DNA of 42,026 nucleotides from positions 1-42,026 of IMG/VR virus record IMGVR_UViG_2734482779_000005. One strand, 5' to 3'. A model generated the notes under the pieces. It was not told the DNA's origin, ran no database searches, and saw only the letters and a program-made list of their open reading frames with translations. Position 1 is the first letter of the stretch. Every line of letters begins with the position of its first letter. The stretch is from a virus (Duplodnaviria > Heunggongvirae > Uroviricota > Caudoviricetes). A program made the translations under genes and the position numbers. Positions 26,437-37,291 of the stretch are shown in pieces.

Positions 26437-27916
26437 CACCATTCCGTCGAATACGCTGGTTCCGTTGTTTTATGCGGAAATGGATAACCAGGCGGCGAAT
26501 ACTGCACAGGACAGCGGAGCATCGCTGCTGATTGGTCATGCCAATAACGGTGCAGAGATTGTTGCCAACAGTCTGGTACTGATGCCGTCGGCAGACTATG
26601 CACGCCAGATTTGTGGTGCGGGAAGTCAGCTGGCGCGTATGGTCGAGGCTTATCGCCAGACTGACCCGTTTGGCGAGCTGTATGTGATTGCCGTTCCTGA
26701 ATCCACAGGCGCGGCGGCAACGGTTACGCTGACGGTGACCGGGGAAGCAACCGAAAGCGGCACGGTGAATGTCTATGTGGGACGTACCCGCGTGCAGGCT
26801 TCGGTGACCAACGGCGATAACGTCACGACGATTGCCAGCAGTATCAAAGATGCCATCAATGCCGTTCCGACTCTGCCGTTTACAGCTTCATCTTCGGCTG
26901 GTGTTGTCACGCTGACCGCGCGTCATAAGGGGCTTTGCGGGAATGAAATTCCTGTCAGCCTCAATTACTACGGCTTCGGTGGGGGCGAAGTGCTGCCAGC
27001 GGGCGTACAGATTGCCGTGGCGACGGGGACCGCCGGAACGGGCGCTCCGGTTCTCACCGGCGCGGTGGCTGCAATGGCGGATGAGCCGTTTGATTATATC
27101 GGTCTGCCGTTCAACGACACGGCCTCCGTTAACACGCTGGTGACCGAGATGAACGATACCAGCGGTCGCTGGAGCTATGCGCGTCAGCTGTATGGTCATG
27201 TGTATACGGCAAAGACCGGCACACTGTCAGAACTGGTGAACGCAGGTGACCAGTTTAACCAGCAGCACATCACCCTGGCGGGGTACGAAAAAGAGACCCA
27301 GACGCCTGCCGACGAGCTGGCGGCAAGCCGTACCGCCCGCGCAGCGGTGTTTATCCGCAACGATCCGGCACGTCCCACGCAGACCGGTGAGCTGGCGGGT
27401 ATGCTGCCTGCGCCGAAGGGGAAACGGTTCACGATGACCGAGCAGCAGACCCTGCTGTCTCATGGCGTGGCAACGGCGTATGTCGAAAGCGGGGTGCTGC
27501 GCATTCAGCGTGATGTCACCACGTACAGGAAAAATGCTTACGGGGTTGCGGATAACAGCTACCTCGACAGCGAGACGCTGCATACCAGTGCGTATGTACT
27601 GCGCAAACTGAAATCCGTCATTACCAGTAAGTACGGGCGTCACAAGCTTGCCAGCGACGGTACCCGCTTTGGTCCCGGTCAGGCGATTGTCACCCCGGCG
27701 GTAATCAAAGGGGAACTGCTGGCAACCTACCGTCAGCTTGAGCGTGCGGGGATCGTGGAAAACTACGAACTGTTTAAGCAGTACCTGGTTGTGGAGCGTG
27801 ATGCCAGCGATCCGAACCGCCTGAACACGCTGTTCCCGCCTGACTATGTTAACCAGTTGCGTGTTTTTGCCGTGGTTAACCAGTTCCGTCTTCAGTATTC
27901 AGAGGAGTCTGCATAA
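26420..27916 (+). CDS. Tail sheath protein (contractile tail, Mu gpL-like)
   Basis: 498 aa; followed by tube, chaperone with frameshift, and tape-measure genes in canonical myovirus order. Confidence 0.75.
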   Translation: MTISFNTIPSNTLVPLFYAEMDNQAANTAQDSGASLLIGHANNGAEIVANSLVLMPSADYARQICGAGSQLARMVEAYRQTDPFGELYVIAVPESTGAAATVTLTVTGEATESGTVNVYVGRTRVQASVTNGDNVTTIASSIKDAINAVPTLPFTASSSAGVVTLTARHKGLCGNEIPVSLNYYGFGGGEVLPAGVQIAVATGTAGTGAPVLTGAVAAMADEPFDYIGLPFNDTASVNTLVTEMNDTSGRWSYARQLYGHVYTAKTGTLSELVNAGDQFNQQHITLAGYEKETQTPADELAASRTARAAVFIRNDPARPTQTGELAGMLPAPKGKRFTMTEQQTLLSHGVATAYVESGVLRIQRDVTTYRKNAYGVADNSYLDSETLHTSAYVLRKLKSVITSKYGRHKLASDGTRFGPGQAIVTPAVIKGELLATYRQLERAGIVENYELFKQYLVVERDASDPNRLNTLFPPDYVNQLRVFAVVNQFRLQYSEESA

Positions 27917-28272
27917 TGGCCCGTATCGGGGGAACCTGTTATTTCAAAATTGACGGTCAGCAGCTATCGCTGACCGGCGGCATTGAGGTGCCCATGAACA
28001 GGACGGTCAATGATGACATCATCGGCCTGGACGGTTCAGTGGACCGCAAGGAAACTCACCGTGCGCCTTATGTCAAAGGGACTTTCAAGGTGCCGAAGAA
28101 TTTTCCGGTGAACAAAATCACCTCGTCTGATGAGATGACTATCACTGCCGAGCTGGCGAACGGTCAGGTCTATGTACTGTCGTCTGCCTGGCTGCACGGC
28201 GAAGCGAACCATAATGCCGAAGAAGGCACGGTTGATCTTGAGTTCCACGGTGAAGAAGGGGATTACCAGTAA
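27916..28272 (+). CDS. Tail tube protein (Mu gpM-like)
   Basis: 118 aa directly after the sheath gene. Confidence 0.7.
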   Translation: MARIGGTCYFKIDGQQLSLTGGIEVPMNRTVNDDIIGLDGSVDRKETHRAPYVKGTFKVPKNFPVNKITSSDEMTITAELANGQVYVLSSAWLHGEANHNAEEGTVDLEFHGEEGDYQ

Positions 28273-28541
28273 TGAAAGAGCTTGAGTTAAAGAAACCGAT
28301 TACTGCTCATGGCGAGACACTCTCCGTACTGGAGTTTGATGAGCCCACCGGGAAGGATGTCCGCGAGCTGGGGTATCCCTACCAGATGAATCAGGATGAG
28401 TCAGTCAGACTTCTGGCGCATGTGGTGTCGAAATACATTGTGCGGCTGGCGAAAGTGCCGCAAAGCTCTGTCGACCAGATGTCTCCGGCAGACCTGAATG
28501 CAGCGGCGTGGCTTGTGGCTGGTTTTTTCCTCCAGGCCTGA
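28272..28541 (+). CDS. Tail assembly chaperone (zero-frame product)
   Basis: 89 aa immediately upstream of the tape measure; contains slippery heptamer T TTT TTC at 28523-28529. Confidence 0.6.
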   Translation: MKELELKKPITAHGETLSVLEFDEPTGKDVRELGYPYQMNQDESVRLLAHVVSKYIVRLAKVPQSSVDQMSPADLNAAAWLVAGFFLQA

Positions 28542-28690
28542 CGGCTGAATACCTCACTGATCGCTTCTTTGACTGCGCCAGCTACTGGCGCATTAATCCT
28601 TTCGAATTGCTGAATATGCCGATCAGTGAAATTCCCTTACTGGTCAGTCAGGCAAACAGGATAGAGCAGGAGAAACGCACACATGGCTGA
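28508..28690 (+). CDS. Tail assembly chaperone -1 frameshift extension (G-T-like fusion C-terminus)
   Basis: -1 frame ORF beginning inside the slippery region and ending inside the tape-measure start; analogous to lambda G/GT. Confidence 0.55.
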   Translation: MACGWFFPPGLTAEYLTDRFFDCASYWRINPFELLNMPISEIPLLVSQANRIEQEKRTHG

Positions 28691-30515
28691 ATTTGAGCTT
28701 AAGGCGTTGATCACCGGTGTCGACAGGCTTTCTCCCGCGCTGTCGAAAATGCAAAAGAAAATCCGGGGATTTAAACGCCAGGCGGAAGAAGCGTCACAGG
28801 GTGGGCTGGCGCTTGGTGGCGGACTGGCAGCGGGTCTGACGCTTTCCCTGAAATCTTATGCCGATCAGGAAAACGCCGCCACCGGGCTGAAAGTCGCCAT
28901 GATGGATGCGAACGGCGAGGTTGGAAAGAGCTTTCAGGACATCAATAAACTGGCTATTGGCCTGGGTAACCAGCTACCCGGTACAACGGCTGATTTCCAG
29001 AACATGATGCAGATGCTGGTGCGTCAGGGGATCCCGGCAGAAAACATTCTGGGTGGTGTGGGTAAAGCGACAGCTTATCTTGCGGTACAACTGAAAAAAA
29101 CACCGGAAGCGGCTGCTGAGTTTGCTGCAAAGATGCAGGATGCTACCGGAACGGCGTCAGAAGACATGATGGGGCTGTTCGACACTATCCAGAAGGCGTT
29201 TTATCTGGGCGTTGACGATACCAACATGTTGTCCTTCTTCACTAAAACCAGTTCTGTTCTGAAGATGGTGAACAAGGATGGTCTTCAGGCTGCACAGAGC
29301 CTTGCCCCCATCAGCGTCATGATGGATCAGATGGGGATGAACGGGGAGTCGGCAGGTAATGCCCTGCGAAAAGTTATCCAGTCCGGATTAAGCGTTAAGA
29401 AAATCAGGGACGTTAATAAAGTTATGGCCCGCCAGAAACTCGGGGTACAGCTCGATTTTACTGACGGCAAAGGAAGTTTTGGCGGTCTTGATAACATGTT
29501 CAGGCAACTGGCAAAGCTGCGAAAACTGACCGACGTTAAGCGAACCGGTGTACTTAAGGCAATATTTGGTGATGATGCCGAAACCCTTCAGGTGGTCAAT
29601 GCACTAATCGATAAAGGAAAGGATGGCTACGATCAGATCCAGCAGAAGATGAATAAACAGGCCAGCCTGAATAAACGTGTTCAGGCACAGCTTGGTACGC
29701 TGTCCAACCTGTGGGAGGCAATGACAGGGACCGCAACTAACGGCCTTGCGGCTATTGGCGGCGCATTTTCTGGTGACGCTAAAAATATCACACAATGGCT
29801 GGGGGAGTTGGGGGAGAAATTCACGAAGTTTGCGGATGAAAATCCCCGGGTTATTCGCGGCGTCGTCGGGCTTGCTGCCGGTCTTGCGATTCTGAAACTG
29901 GGATTGATGGGCGTTGGCGGTGCCATCAGTATTGTCAGCAGGATTATGTCGATGACGCCGATTGGCATGATTGCGACGGCGATTGCTCTGGCTGCGGGAT
30001 TAATTATCACTAACTGGGATGTTGTCGGACCTTATTTCAAGAAGCTCTGGGAAACCATTGGTCCTTATTTTGAGGCAGGTTGGGAACTTCTGAAGAAGGT
30101 TTTTGCCTGGTCGCCGCTGGGGATGGTGATCAATAACTGGGGACCGGTTGTTAAGTGGTTTCAGGATATGTGGGACAAGCTGAAGCCAATTATTGAGTGG
30201 TTTACCGACAGTTCCGGTGACACGGTCGATGCCATTAACTCTGCGCAGTGGGGCGCGGGTGCTTATGATGCTTATGGGACGGGAATACCGGCGCGGGGAT
30301 ACACACCTTATCCGGCGGTGGATCCGGCTCAGTCAAACAACGCCTCCGATGCCACAGGCTCGAATCCCTTCATGATTAACAAAGCTTCTGTGCCAAAAGT
30401 TGATGGTGAGATCAAGGTCTCTTTTGTGAATTCGCCTCCGGGTATGCGGGTTATGGAAACGCGATCCAGCGGTTTTGATGTCAGCCATGATGTTGGCTAT
30501 ACGCGGTTCAGGTAG
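28683..30515 (+). CDS. Tail tape measure protein
   Basis: 610 aa, Ala/Gly/Met-rich helical protein with TM-like segments; sits after the frameshifted chaperone. Confidence 0.8.
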   Translation: MAEFELKALITGVDRLSPALSKMQKKIRGFKRQAEEASQGGLALGGGLAAGLTLSLKSYADQENAATGLKVAMMDANGEVGKSFQDINKLAIGLGNQLPGTTADFQNMMQMLVRQGIPAENILGGVGKATAYLAVQLKKTPEAAAEFAAKMQDATGTASEDMMGLFDTIQKAFYLGVDDTNMLSFFTKTSSVLKMVNKDGLQAAQSLAPISVMMDQMGMNGESAGNALRKVIQSGLSVKKIRDVNKVMARQKLGVQLDFTDGKGSFGGLDNMFRQLAKLRKLTDVKRTGVLKAIFGDDAETLQVVNALIDKGKDGYDQIQQKMNKQASLNKRVQAQLGTLSNLWEAMTGTATNGLAAIGGAFSGDAKNITQWLGELGEKFTKFADENPRVIRGVVGLAAGLAILKLGLMGVGGAISIVSRIMSMTPIGMIATAIALAAGLIITNWDVVGPYFKKLWETIGPYFEAGWELLKKVFAWSPLGMVINNWGPVVKWFQDMWDKLKPIIEWFTDSSGDTVDAINSAQWGAGAYDAYGTGIPARGYTPYPAVDPAQSNNASDATGSNPFMINKASVPKVDGEIKVSFVNSPPGMRVMETRSSGFDVSHDVGYTRFR

Positions 30516-30614
30516 TGTACAAAATGATTAATGTGTTTTTGTCTGGCATAATTTGGGTTTTCAGCTTTAAGTAGTTAATATAATCATTCCTTACAAATGA
30601 TTGAAGGGATGATT

Positions 30615-31109
30615 ATGCGTATCTTTGTTTTTTTTATATCTGCACTTTTATCTTTTAACTTGGCTGCGGAAGAGTGTAAGTTCAGCTTTAATGAGTCAGA
30701 ATTAATCTCTTCTATAGGTATTGCACCAGTTAAGCAAGAGATAATAAAGGATGAAGGAATAACTAAGCGGCAATATGAATTCAGAAGAGAATTATCTTCT
30801 GAAGAAATGCTTAGTGATGACGCTGATGAAAAATATGAGCCGCAGTTTTATATATCTGTTTATAATCCATCATGCCCACAAAAGGTTATTGTTTGGTTTT
30901 TCAAAGACAATAAAAACACAATGGATTTAAGTAATGAGGTCCTTGCTGGTAGAGCGTTCAAGTATTTAACTGGTGTTAATGAAAGTATTTTTGAAAATAA
31001 AATGAAAAAGTTTTTAAAGGTACAGTCATTTGAATCTTTTGATGAAAGGACAGATTCTAAATTTATAAAGAGTGGTAATATTTATTCCATTGATGTTCAA
31101 CTCAGATAG
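30615..31109 (+). CDS. AT-rich moron: secreted protein of unknown function (164 aa with signal peptide)
   Basis: Signal peptide MRIFVFFISALLSFNLAA|EE; AGGGA SD; perfect TATAAT at about 30577; appears markedly more AT-rich than the flanking tail genes. Confidence 0.55.
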   Translation: MRIFVFFISALLSFNLAAEECKFSFNESELISSIGIAPVKQEIIKDEGITKRQYEFRRELSSEEMLSDDADEKYEPQFYISVYNPSCPQKVIVWFFKDNKNTMDLSNEVLAGRAFKYLTGVNESIFENKMKKFLKVQSFESFDERTDSKFIKSGNIYSIDVQLR

Positions 31110-31199
31110 TAATTAAAAATATTAGGTTCCCGCCACATCTTCTGCGATGTAAATAACTGACAAAGCAGATTTGGCGGGTTTTTTGTATCCGGAGTTTAT

Positions 31200-32528
31200 A
31201 TGACGTGGAAAGACAGGCTTCAGGATGCGTCATTTCGCGGCGTACCGTTTAAGGTTGAAGAAGAAAGTGCGGGAACCGGTCGCCGTGTGGAAACACACGA
31301 ATATCCGAACCGCGACAAGCCCTATACCGAAGATCTGGGAAAAGTCACTTTCCGCCCGTCCATCACAGCTTATGTGGTGGGAGATGACTGCTTTGACCAG
31401 CGCGATCGCCTGATTGAAGCGCTGAATAAACCCGGTCCCGGCACGCTTGTCCACCCGACATATGGTGAGCTGAAAGTCTGTGTTGACGGGGAAGTTCGGG
31501 TCAGCACATCGAAAAGTGAAGGGCGTATTGTCCGCTTTGACCTGAAGTTTGTCGAAGCAGGAGAACTCTCTTACCCCACATCAGGTGCGGCGACGGCGCA
31601 GACGCTGATGTCATCCTGTTCTGCACTGGATGACTGCATCAGTGACAGCTTCAGCGGTTTCAGTATCGATGGTGTGGCGGATTTCGTGCAGAACGACGTT
31701 ATCGGTAATGCCAGCACAATGCTGGGGTATGTTTCTGATGCGATGAAAGTGGTGGATTCTGCCGTATCGGATGCCGCCAGGCTGTTACAGGGGGATATCT
31801 CGGTACTTCTGCCGCCGCCATCGTCAGGCAAAAATTTCGTTGAGCAGGTGCAGAAAATGTGGCGTACCGGGAAACGCCTTTATGGTAACGCCAGCGACCT
31901 GGTCACCATGATCAAAACGCTTTCCGGTGTCAGCCTCGGCAGCGATCTGCAACCGCGCGGCGTCTGGAAAACGGACAGTAAAACCACCGCCACGGCTACG
32001 CAGCAGCGTAACGTGGTTGCCAGCACCCTTCGTACGACCGCAATCAGCGAAGCGGCGTATGCCGTCACCCGATTGCCTGCGCCAACAACTTCCGCGGTGA
32101 TGCAGAATTCCGCAGTGGGGCAGGCAACAACACCCGCGCAGAGCACTGGCTGGCCTTCCGTCACGCATCCGGCACTGAACAATGCACCGGCGGTGAAAAA
32201 CACGGTTGACCTGCCGACGTGGGAAGAACTGACTGACATTCGCGACACACTGAATACGGCAATTGATAAGGAGTTGTCCCGTACAACCAGTGATGCGCTG
32301 TTTCTGGCGCTGCGCCGGGTGAAAGCAGATCTGAATGCGGATATCAACACGCGCCTTGAACAGTCTGCACGGATCATTCAGCGCACACCGGATGAGGTTT
32401 TACCCGCGCTGGTGCTGGCAGCGACCTGGTTTGATAACGCGGCGCGTGACGCGGACATTATCCGGCGTAATGCCATTACGCATCCCGGCTTTGTGCCGGT
32501 GATCCCTCTGAAGGTGCCAGTGCAATGA
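31200..32528 (+). CDS. DNA circularization protein (Mu gpN-like)
   Basis: 442 aa; N-terminal MTWKDRLQDASFRGVPFKVEEES… is typical of the Mu N family (recollection); position after the tape measure. Confidence 0.65.
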   Translation: MTWKDRLQDASFRGVPFKVEEESAGTGRRVETHEYPNRDKPYTEDLGKVTFRPSITAYVVGDDCFDQRDRLIEALNKPGPGTLVHPTYGELKVCVDGEVRVSTSKSEGRIVRFDLKFVEAGELSYPTSGAATAQTLMSSCSALDDCISDSFSGFSIDGVADFVQNDVIGNASTMLGYVSDAMKVVDSAVSDAARLLQGDISVLLPPPSSGKNFVEQVQKMWRTGKRLYGNASDLVTMIKTLSGVSLGSDLQPRGVWKTDSKTTATATQQRNVVASTLRTTAISEAAYAVTRLPAPTTSAVMQNSAVGQATTPAQSTGWPSVTHPALNNAPAVKNTVDLPTWEELTDIRDTLNTAIDKELSRTTSDALFLALRRVKADLNADINTRLEQSARIIQRTPDEVLPALVLAATWFDNAARDADIIRRNAITHPGFVPVIPLKVPVQ

Positions 32529-33604
32529 ACGACAATGTCACGCTACGGGTAAATGGCCGGGAGTGGAATGGCTGGACATCGGTGCGCATCGGTGCCGGTA
32601 TTGAACGGCTGGCGCGGGATTTCAGTGTGGAGATCACTCGCCAGTGGCCGGGTGATGAGGGTATCACCACGCTTCAGCCGCGCATTAAAAACGGTTCAAA
32701 AGTGGAGGTGCTGATTGGTGATGAGCTGGTGATCACCGGCTGGGTGGAGGCGACGCCCGTTCGTTACGATGCCCGTTCGGTCAGCACCGGTATTGCCGGA
32801 CGCAGTCTGACCGCTGACCTGATTGATTGTGCAGCCGAACCGACACAGTTTAACGGACGATCACTGGTACAGATTGCGCAGGCGCTTGCTGCGCCTTTCG
32901 GCATTGAGGTGGTGAACAACGGTGCGCCGTCGGGTGTTATTCCTGACGTCCAGCCTGATCACGGTGAAACGGTGATTGAGGTAATCAACAAAATACTCGG
33001 TCAGCAGCAGGCACTGGCTTACGACGATCCGCACGGCAGGCTGGTGATTGGCGGTATTGGCTCAACGCGGGCACATACCGCGCTGGTACTCGGGGAAAAC
33101 ATCCTTTCCTGTGATACGGAGAAGAGTATCCGGGAGCGGTTTTCAGTTTACCAGGTGGCGGGGCAGCGTGCCGGAAACGACGATGATTTCGGAGAGGCCA
33201 CCACCACCGCGCTGCGGGCCCGCACAGAGGACGCATTTATTGCCCGTTACCGTCCGATGTATATCAGGCAGACAGGGCAGGCCACGGGGGCAGGCTGTAT
33301 TGCCCGTGCTGACTTTGAAGCCCGACAACGGGCGGCGCGGACGGATGAAACCACCTATGTGGTGCAGGGCTGGCGACAGGGTAACGGTACGCTGTGGCAG
33401 CCCAACCAGCGGGTGATTGTCTTCGATCCTGTCTGTGGTTTCGACAATACCGAACTGCTTGTCTCGGAAGTCACGTTTACTCAGGACCAGAACGGCACCC
33501 TGACGGAAATCCGTGTCGGCCCACCTGATGCTTATCTGCCTGAACCCGAAGCCCCCGGCGCGCGGAAAAAGAAAAAAGCCAGAGTACAGGAGGACCCGTT
33601 CTGA
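32525..33604 (+). CDS. Baseplate hub / tail protein (Mu gpP-like)
   Basis: 359 aa; positional within the Mu-like baseplate cluster. Confidence 0.6.
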   Translation: MNDNVTLRVNGREWNGWTSVRIGAGIERLARDFSVEITRQWPGDEGITTLQPRIKNGSKVEVLIGDELVITGWVEATPVRYDARSVSTGIAGRSLTADLIDCAAEPTQFNGRSLVQIAQALAAPFGIEVVNNGAPSGVIPDVQPDHGETVIEVINKILGQQQALAYDDPHGRLVIGGIGSTRAHTALVLGENILSCDTEKSIRERFSVYQVAGQRAGNDDDFGEATTTALRARTEDAFIARYRPMYIRQTGQATGAGCIARADFEARQRAARTDETTYVVQGWRQGNGTLWQPNQRVIVFDPVCGFDNTELLVSEVTFTQDQNGTLTEIRVGPPDAYLPEPEAPGARKKKKARVQEDPF

Positions 33605-34152
33605 TGAGGACGATTGAAGCCATGCAGCGACAACTCCTCGGCCTGATTGGGCGGGCAGTGGTGAAAAGCATCAGTGCCGCCACGAAATGTCAGACCGTGG
33701 ATGTGTCCCTGATTGCCGGTGAACCCAAAGCCGGGGTTGAACATCTTGAACCCTACGGTTTTACCGCAAGGGCAAACAGCGGTGCGGAAGCGGTGGTGTT
33801 GTTTCCGGATGGCGACCGTTCTCATGCGGTGGTTGTTACGGTGTCGGACCGGCGCTACCGCCTGAAAGGGCTGCAGACGGGTGAGGTGGCTGTCTATGAC
33901 GATCAGGGGCAGTCCGTGACGCTGACCCGGGAGGGGATCGTGGTGGACGGTGCAGGTAAAACGATCACGTTTCGCAATGCACCTGAAGCACGTTTTGAAA
34001 TGGACCTGGAAGTGACAGGACAGGTGAAAGACCTGTGCGACTCCGGCGGCACTACCATGTCAGCGATGCGGCTTGCCTATAACGGGCATCGTCACAGAGA
34101 GAACGGTCAGGGCAGTAACACCGACAAACCTGATAAAGCGATGGAGGCATGA
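33604..34152 (+). CDS. Baseplate assembly protein V (spike)
   Basis: 182 aa; positional and size match to gpV/Mu gp45-type spikes. Confidence 0.6.
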   Translation: MRTIEAMQRQLLGLIGRAVVKSISAATKCQTVDVSLIAGEPKAGVEHLEPYGFTARANSGAEAVVLFPDGDRSHAVVVTVSDRRYRLKGLQTGEVAVYDDQGQSVTLTREGIVVDGAGKTITFRNAPEARFEMDLEVTGQVKDLCDSGGTTMSAMRLAYNGHRHRENGQGSNTDKPDKAMEA

Positions 34153-34577
34153 TGGAACTGTGGCTGACGGTGAACGGTAAACGCACCTGCGCCAGCGCAC
34201 CGCTGGATCCGCTGACCCGCGCTGTGGTGATTTCCCTGTTTACCTGGCGGCGGGCGGAGCCTGATGACAACGCCGACGTCCCGATGGGATGGTGGGGGGA
34301 TACCTGGCCTGCGGTACAGAATGACCGTTACGGCTCCCGACTGTGGCTGCTTCAGCGCAGCAAACTGACCAATCAGCTGGTGCAGACGGTAAGGGGGTAT
34401 ATCCGCGAATGCCTGCAATGGATGATTGATGACGGCGTGGTGTCCCGTATTGATCTGGATATCCGCCGTACCGGGATTAATGAACTGGGTAACAGTATCA
34501 CTCTCTGGCGTCGTGACGGACCGGTAATGATTTCTTTTGATGATCTGTGGAGTGCGATAACGCATGGCGGACAGTGA
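34149..34577 (+). CDS. Baseplate protein, GP46/gpW-like
   Basis: 142 aa; positional. Confidence 0.55.
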   Translation: MMELWLTVNGKRTCASAPLDPLTRAVVISLFTWRRAEPDDNADVPMGWWGDTWPAVQNDRYGSRLWLLQRSKLTNQLVQTVRGYIRECLQWMIDDGVVSRIDLDIRRTGINELGNSITLWRRDGPVMISFDDLWSAITHGGQ

Positions 34578-35622
34578 ATTTCAGCGCCCGACGCTGGCAG
34601 AAAATATCAGTATGCTCCGTAACGATTTATTCGCCAGGCTGGACGTCAGCGACACGCTCCGGCGCATGGATGAAGACGTGCGGGCAAAGGTGTATGCGGC
34701 GGCGCTGCATACGGTCTACGGTTACATCGATTATCTGGCAATGAACATGCTGCCTGACCTGTGCGATGAGTCCTGGCTGGCGCGACATGCTGCGATGAAA
34801 CGGTGTCCGCGCAAGGGGGCCACGGCTGCCAGCGGGTATATGCGCTGGGAAGGTGTCAGCGATGGCCTGAAGGTGACCGCCGGGAGTGTTATTCAGCGCG
34901 ATGACCTGGTGCAGTACACGGCAACTGCCGATGCAACCAGCTCCGGTGGTGTCCTGCGCGTGCCGATCGCCTGCTCAAGTGCAGGCGCGGTCGGTAACGC
35001 TGACGACGGTACGTCATTAATCCTGGTCACGCCGGTGAATGGTCTGCCGTCTTCCGGCGTGGCAGATACACTGACAGGTGGATTTGATACTGAAGAGCTG
35101 GAAACGTGGCGCGCCCGCGTCATTGAGCGGTATTACTGGACGCCTCAGGGCGGGGCTGACGGGGACTATGTCGTCTGGGCTAAAGAAGTTCCCGGCATTG
35201 CCCGCGCATGGACATACCGACACTGGATGGGAACGGGGACTGTCGGTGTGATGATTGCCAGCAGCGACCTGATTAATCCCATTCCGGAAGAATCAACGGA
35301 AACGGCGGCAAGGCTGCATATCGAGCCACTGGCCCCGGTGGCAGGCTCTGATTTGTATGTGTTCAGGCCGGTGGCACATACGGTGGATTTTCATATCCGT
35401 GTGACGCCGGACACACCGGAAATACGGGCTGCCATCACCGCGGAGTTGCGTTCGTTCCTGCTGCGTGATGGTTATCCGCAGGGAGAACTGAAGGTGTCAC
35501 GTATCAGTGAAGCGATTTCCGGTGCGAACGGGGAATACAGCCATCAGTTGCTTGCACCGGCGGACAATATCTCCATTGCGAAAAACGAACTGGCGGTACT
35601 GGGGACGATTTCATGGACGTGA
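34564..35622 (+). CDS. Baseplate J-like protein (Mu gp47-like)
   Basis: 352 aa; positional and size. Confidence 0.65.
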   Translation: MADSEFQRPTLAENISMLRNDLFARLDVSDTLRRMDEDVRAKVYAAALHTVYGYIDYLAMNMLPDLCDESWLARHAAMKRCPRKGATAASGYMRWEGVSDGLKVTAGSVIQRDDLVQYTATADATSSGGVLRVPIACSSAGAVGNADDGTSLILVTPVNGLPSSGVADTLTGGFDTEELETWRARVIERYYWTPQGGADGDYVVWAKEVPGIARAWTYRHWMGTGTVGVMIASSDLINPIPEESTETAARLHIEPLAPVAGSDLYVFRPVAHTVDFHIRVTPDTPEIRAAITAELRSFLLRDGYPQGELKVSRISEAISGANGEYSHQLLAPADNISIAKNELAVLGTISWT

Positions 35623-36197
35623 CAAACGATGATTACATCCGCCTGTTATCGGCACTGTTGCCGCCCGGTCCGGCGTGGTCAGCCAGCGATCCGGCGATTG
35701 CCGGTGCGGCACCGTCATTAACCCGTGTTCATCAGCGTGCGGATGCCCTGATGCGGGAGCTGGATCCGCGCACCACCACTGAACTGATAAACCGCTGGGA
35801 GCGTCTGTGCGGTCTGCCGGATGAATGTATTCCGGCAGGGACGCAGACCCTTAGACAGCGTCAGCAACGGCTGGATGCGAAGGTTAATCTGGCGGGCGGC
35901 ATCAATGAGGATTTTTACCTTGCACAGCTTGCTGCCCTGGGCAGACCAGACGCCACCATCACGCGATACGACAAAAGCACGTTCACCTGCTCATCTGCCT
36001 GTACTGACGCGGTGAATGCGCCGGAATGGCGGTATTACTGGCAGGTCAACATGCCAGCCGCCACCAACACCACCTGGATGACATGTGGCGATCCCTGTGA
36101 TTCCGCGCTGCGCTTCTGGGGGGACACCGTTGTCGAGTGTGTTCTTAACAAACTCTGCCCGTCGCATACCTATGTGATTTTTAAATATCCGGAGTAA
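35613..36197 (+). CDS. Tail protein, Mu gp48/YmfQ-like (DUF2313)
   Basis: 194 aa; matches the e14 YmfQ-type size and position immediately before the tail fibre gene. Confidence 0.6.
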   Translation: MDVTNDDYIRLLSALLPPGPAWSASDPAIAGAAPSLTRVHQRADALMRELDPRTTTELINRWERLCGLPDECIPAGTQTLRQRQQRLDAKVNLAGGINEDFYLAQLAALGRPDATITRYDKSTFTCSSACTDAVNAPEWRYYWQVNMPAATNTTWMTCGDPCDSALRFWGDTVVECVLNKLCPSHTYVIFKYPE

Positions 36198-36200
36198 TCC

Positions 36201-36848
36201 ATGCATCGTATAGACACGAAAACCGCGCAGAAGGATAAGTTCGGCGCGGGTAAGAACGGTTTTACCCGTGGTAACCCCCAGACCGGCACGCCTGCCACCG
36301 ATCTGGATGATGACTACTTTGACATGTTGCAGGAGGAGCTTTGCAGCGTTGTGGAGGCATCCGGTGCCAGCCTGGAGAAGGGGCGGCATGACCAGCTGCT
36401 TACCGCGCTTCGTGCGCTGCTGTTAAGCCGCAAGAATCCGTTTGGCGATATCAAATCGGATGGCACGGTGAAAACAGCTCTCGAAAACCTTGGTTTGGGA
36501 GAAGCGGCGAAAAGGGATGTGGGCACAGGAGATAATCAGATACCGGATATGGGAGCATTCGCTTCTGGTTCGGGATGGTTCAGGCTACCAGGTGGATATA
36601 TTGTTCAGTTTGGCACTTTTTCAGGAAACACGACCCGCTTTATCAGTGGACACTTCCCTATACCATTCCCTAATCAACCGCTTGTTTCAGTCAGTGTCAT
36701 GTCTGATGCCGTTCAGTCAGAACCGTCGAATCCTGCACCGCTGGTTTTATCTGTAAATTTTGAACATATCAGTAATTCAGCGTGGCGTGTGGCAATCAGT
36801 GATATCTCTCAACAATACAGATTCAGTTATATTTCGATAGGACGGTAG
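36201..36848 (+). CDS. Tail fibre protein with invertible C-terminal receptor-binding region (current orientation)
   Basis: 215 aa; the crossover site lies at codons ~97-101 (…NLGLGE…), so the C-terminal ~115 aa belong to the invertible segment. Confidence 0.65.
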   Translation: MHRIDTKTAQKDKFGAGKNGFTRGNPQTGTPATDLDDDYFDMLQEELCSVVEASGASLEKGRHDQLLTALRALLLSRKNPFGDIKSDGTVKTALENLGLGEAAKRDVGTGDNQIPDMGAFASGSGWFRLPGGYIVQFGTFSGNTTRFISGHFPIPFPNQPLVSVSVMSDAVQSEPSNPAPLVLSVNFEHISNSAWRVAISDISQQYRFSYISIGR

Positions 36849-36850
36849 AA

Positions 36851-37291
36851 ATGCAGAAATATATTTTCAGTGCTGATAAAAATGCGTTTTTCCCTGTGGA
36901 GCTTAAAATTGCTTATCAGGAAGCGGGGAAATGGCCTGATGATGGAATCGAAATTGACGACACTGTTGCCGCCGAATTTATGAAGGAAGCACCAGAAGGA
37001 AAATACAGAGGTGTCATCGACGGAATGCCAGCATGGATTGATATTCCACCGCCAACTCATGAGGAACAAATTGCCGCAGCCGAACTGGAAAAGCAGCAAT
37101 TGATTAATCAGGTCAACGAATACATAAACAGTAAGCAATGGCCTGGTAAAGCGGCGATTGGTCGCCTGAAAGGTGAGGAACTGGCGCAATATAATTTGTG
37201 GCTGGATTACCTGGACGCACTGGAACTGGTCGATACTTCCGGTGCGCCAGATATTGAATGGCCTACGCCTCCGGCAGTTCAGGCCAGATGA
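36851..37291 (+). CDS. Tail fibre assembly protein (Tfa, current orientation)
   Basis: 146 aa; MQKYIFSADKNAFFP… and C-terminal …WPTPP… are typical of Tfa chaperones. Confidence 0.7.
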   Translation: MQKYIFSADKNAFFPVELKIAYQEAGKWPDDGIEIDDTVAAEFMKEAPEGKYRGVIDGMPAWIDIPPPTHEEQIAAAELEKQQLINQVNEYINSKQWPGKAAIGRLKGEELAQYNLWLDYLDALELVDTSGAPDIEWPTPPAVQAR

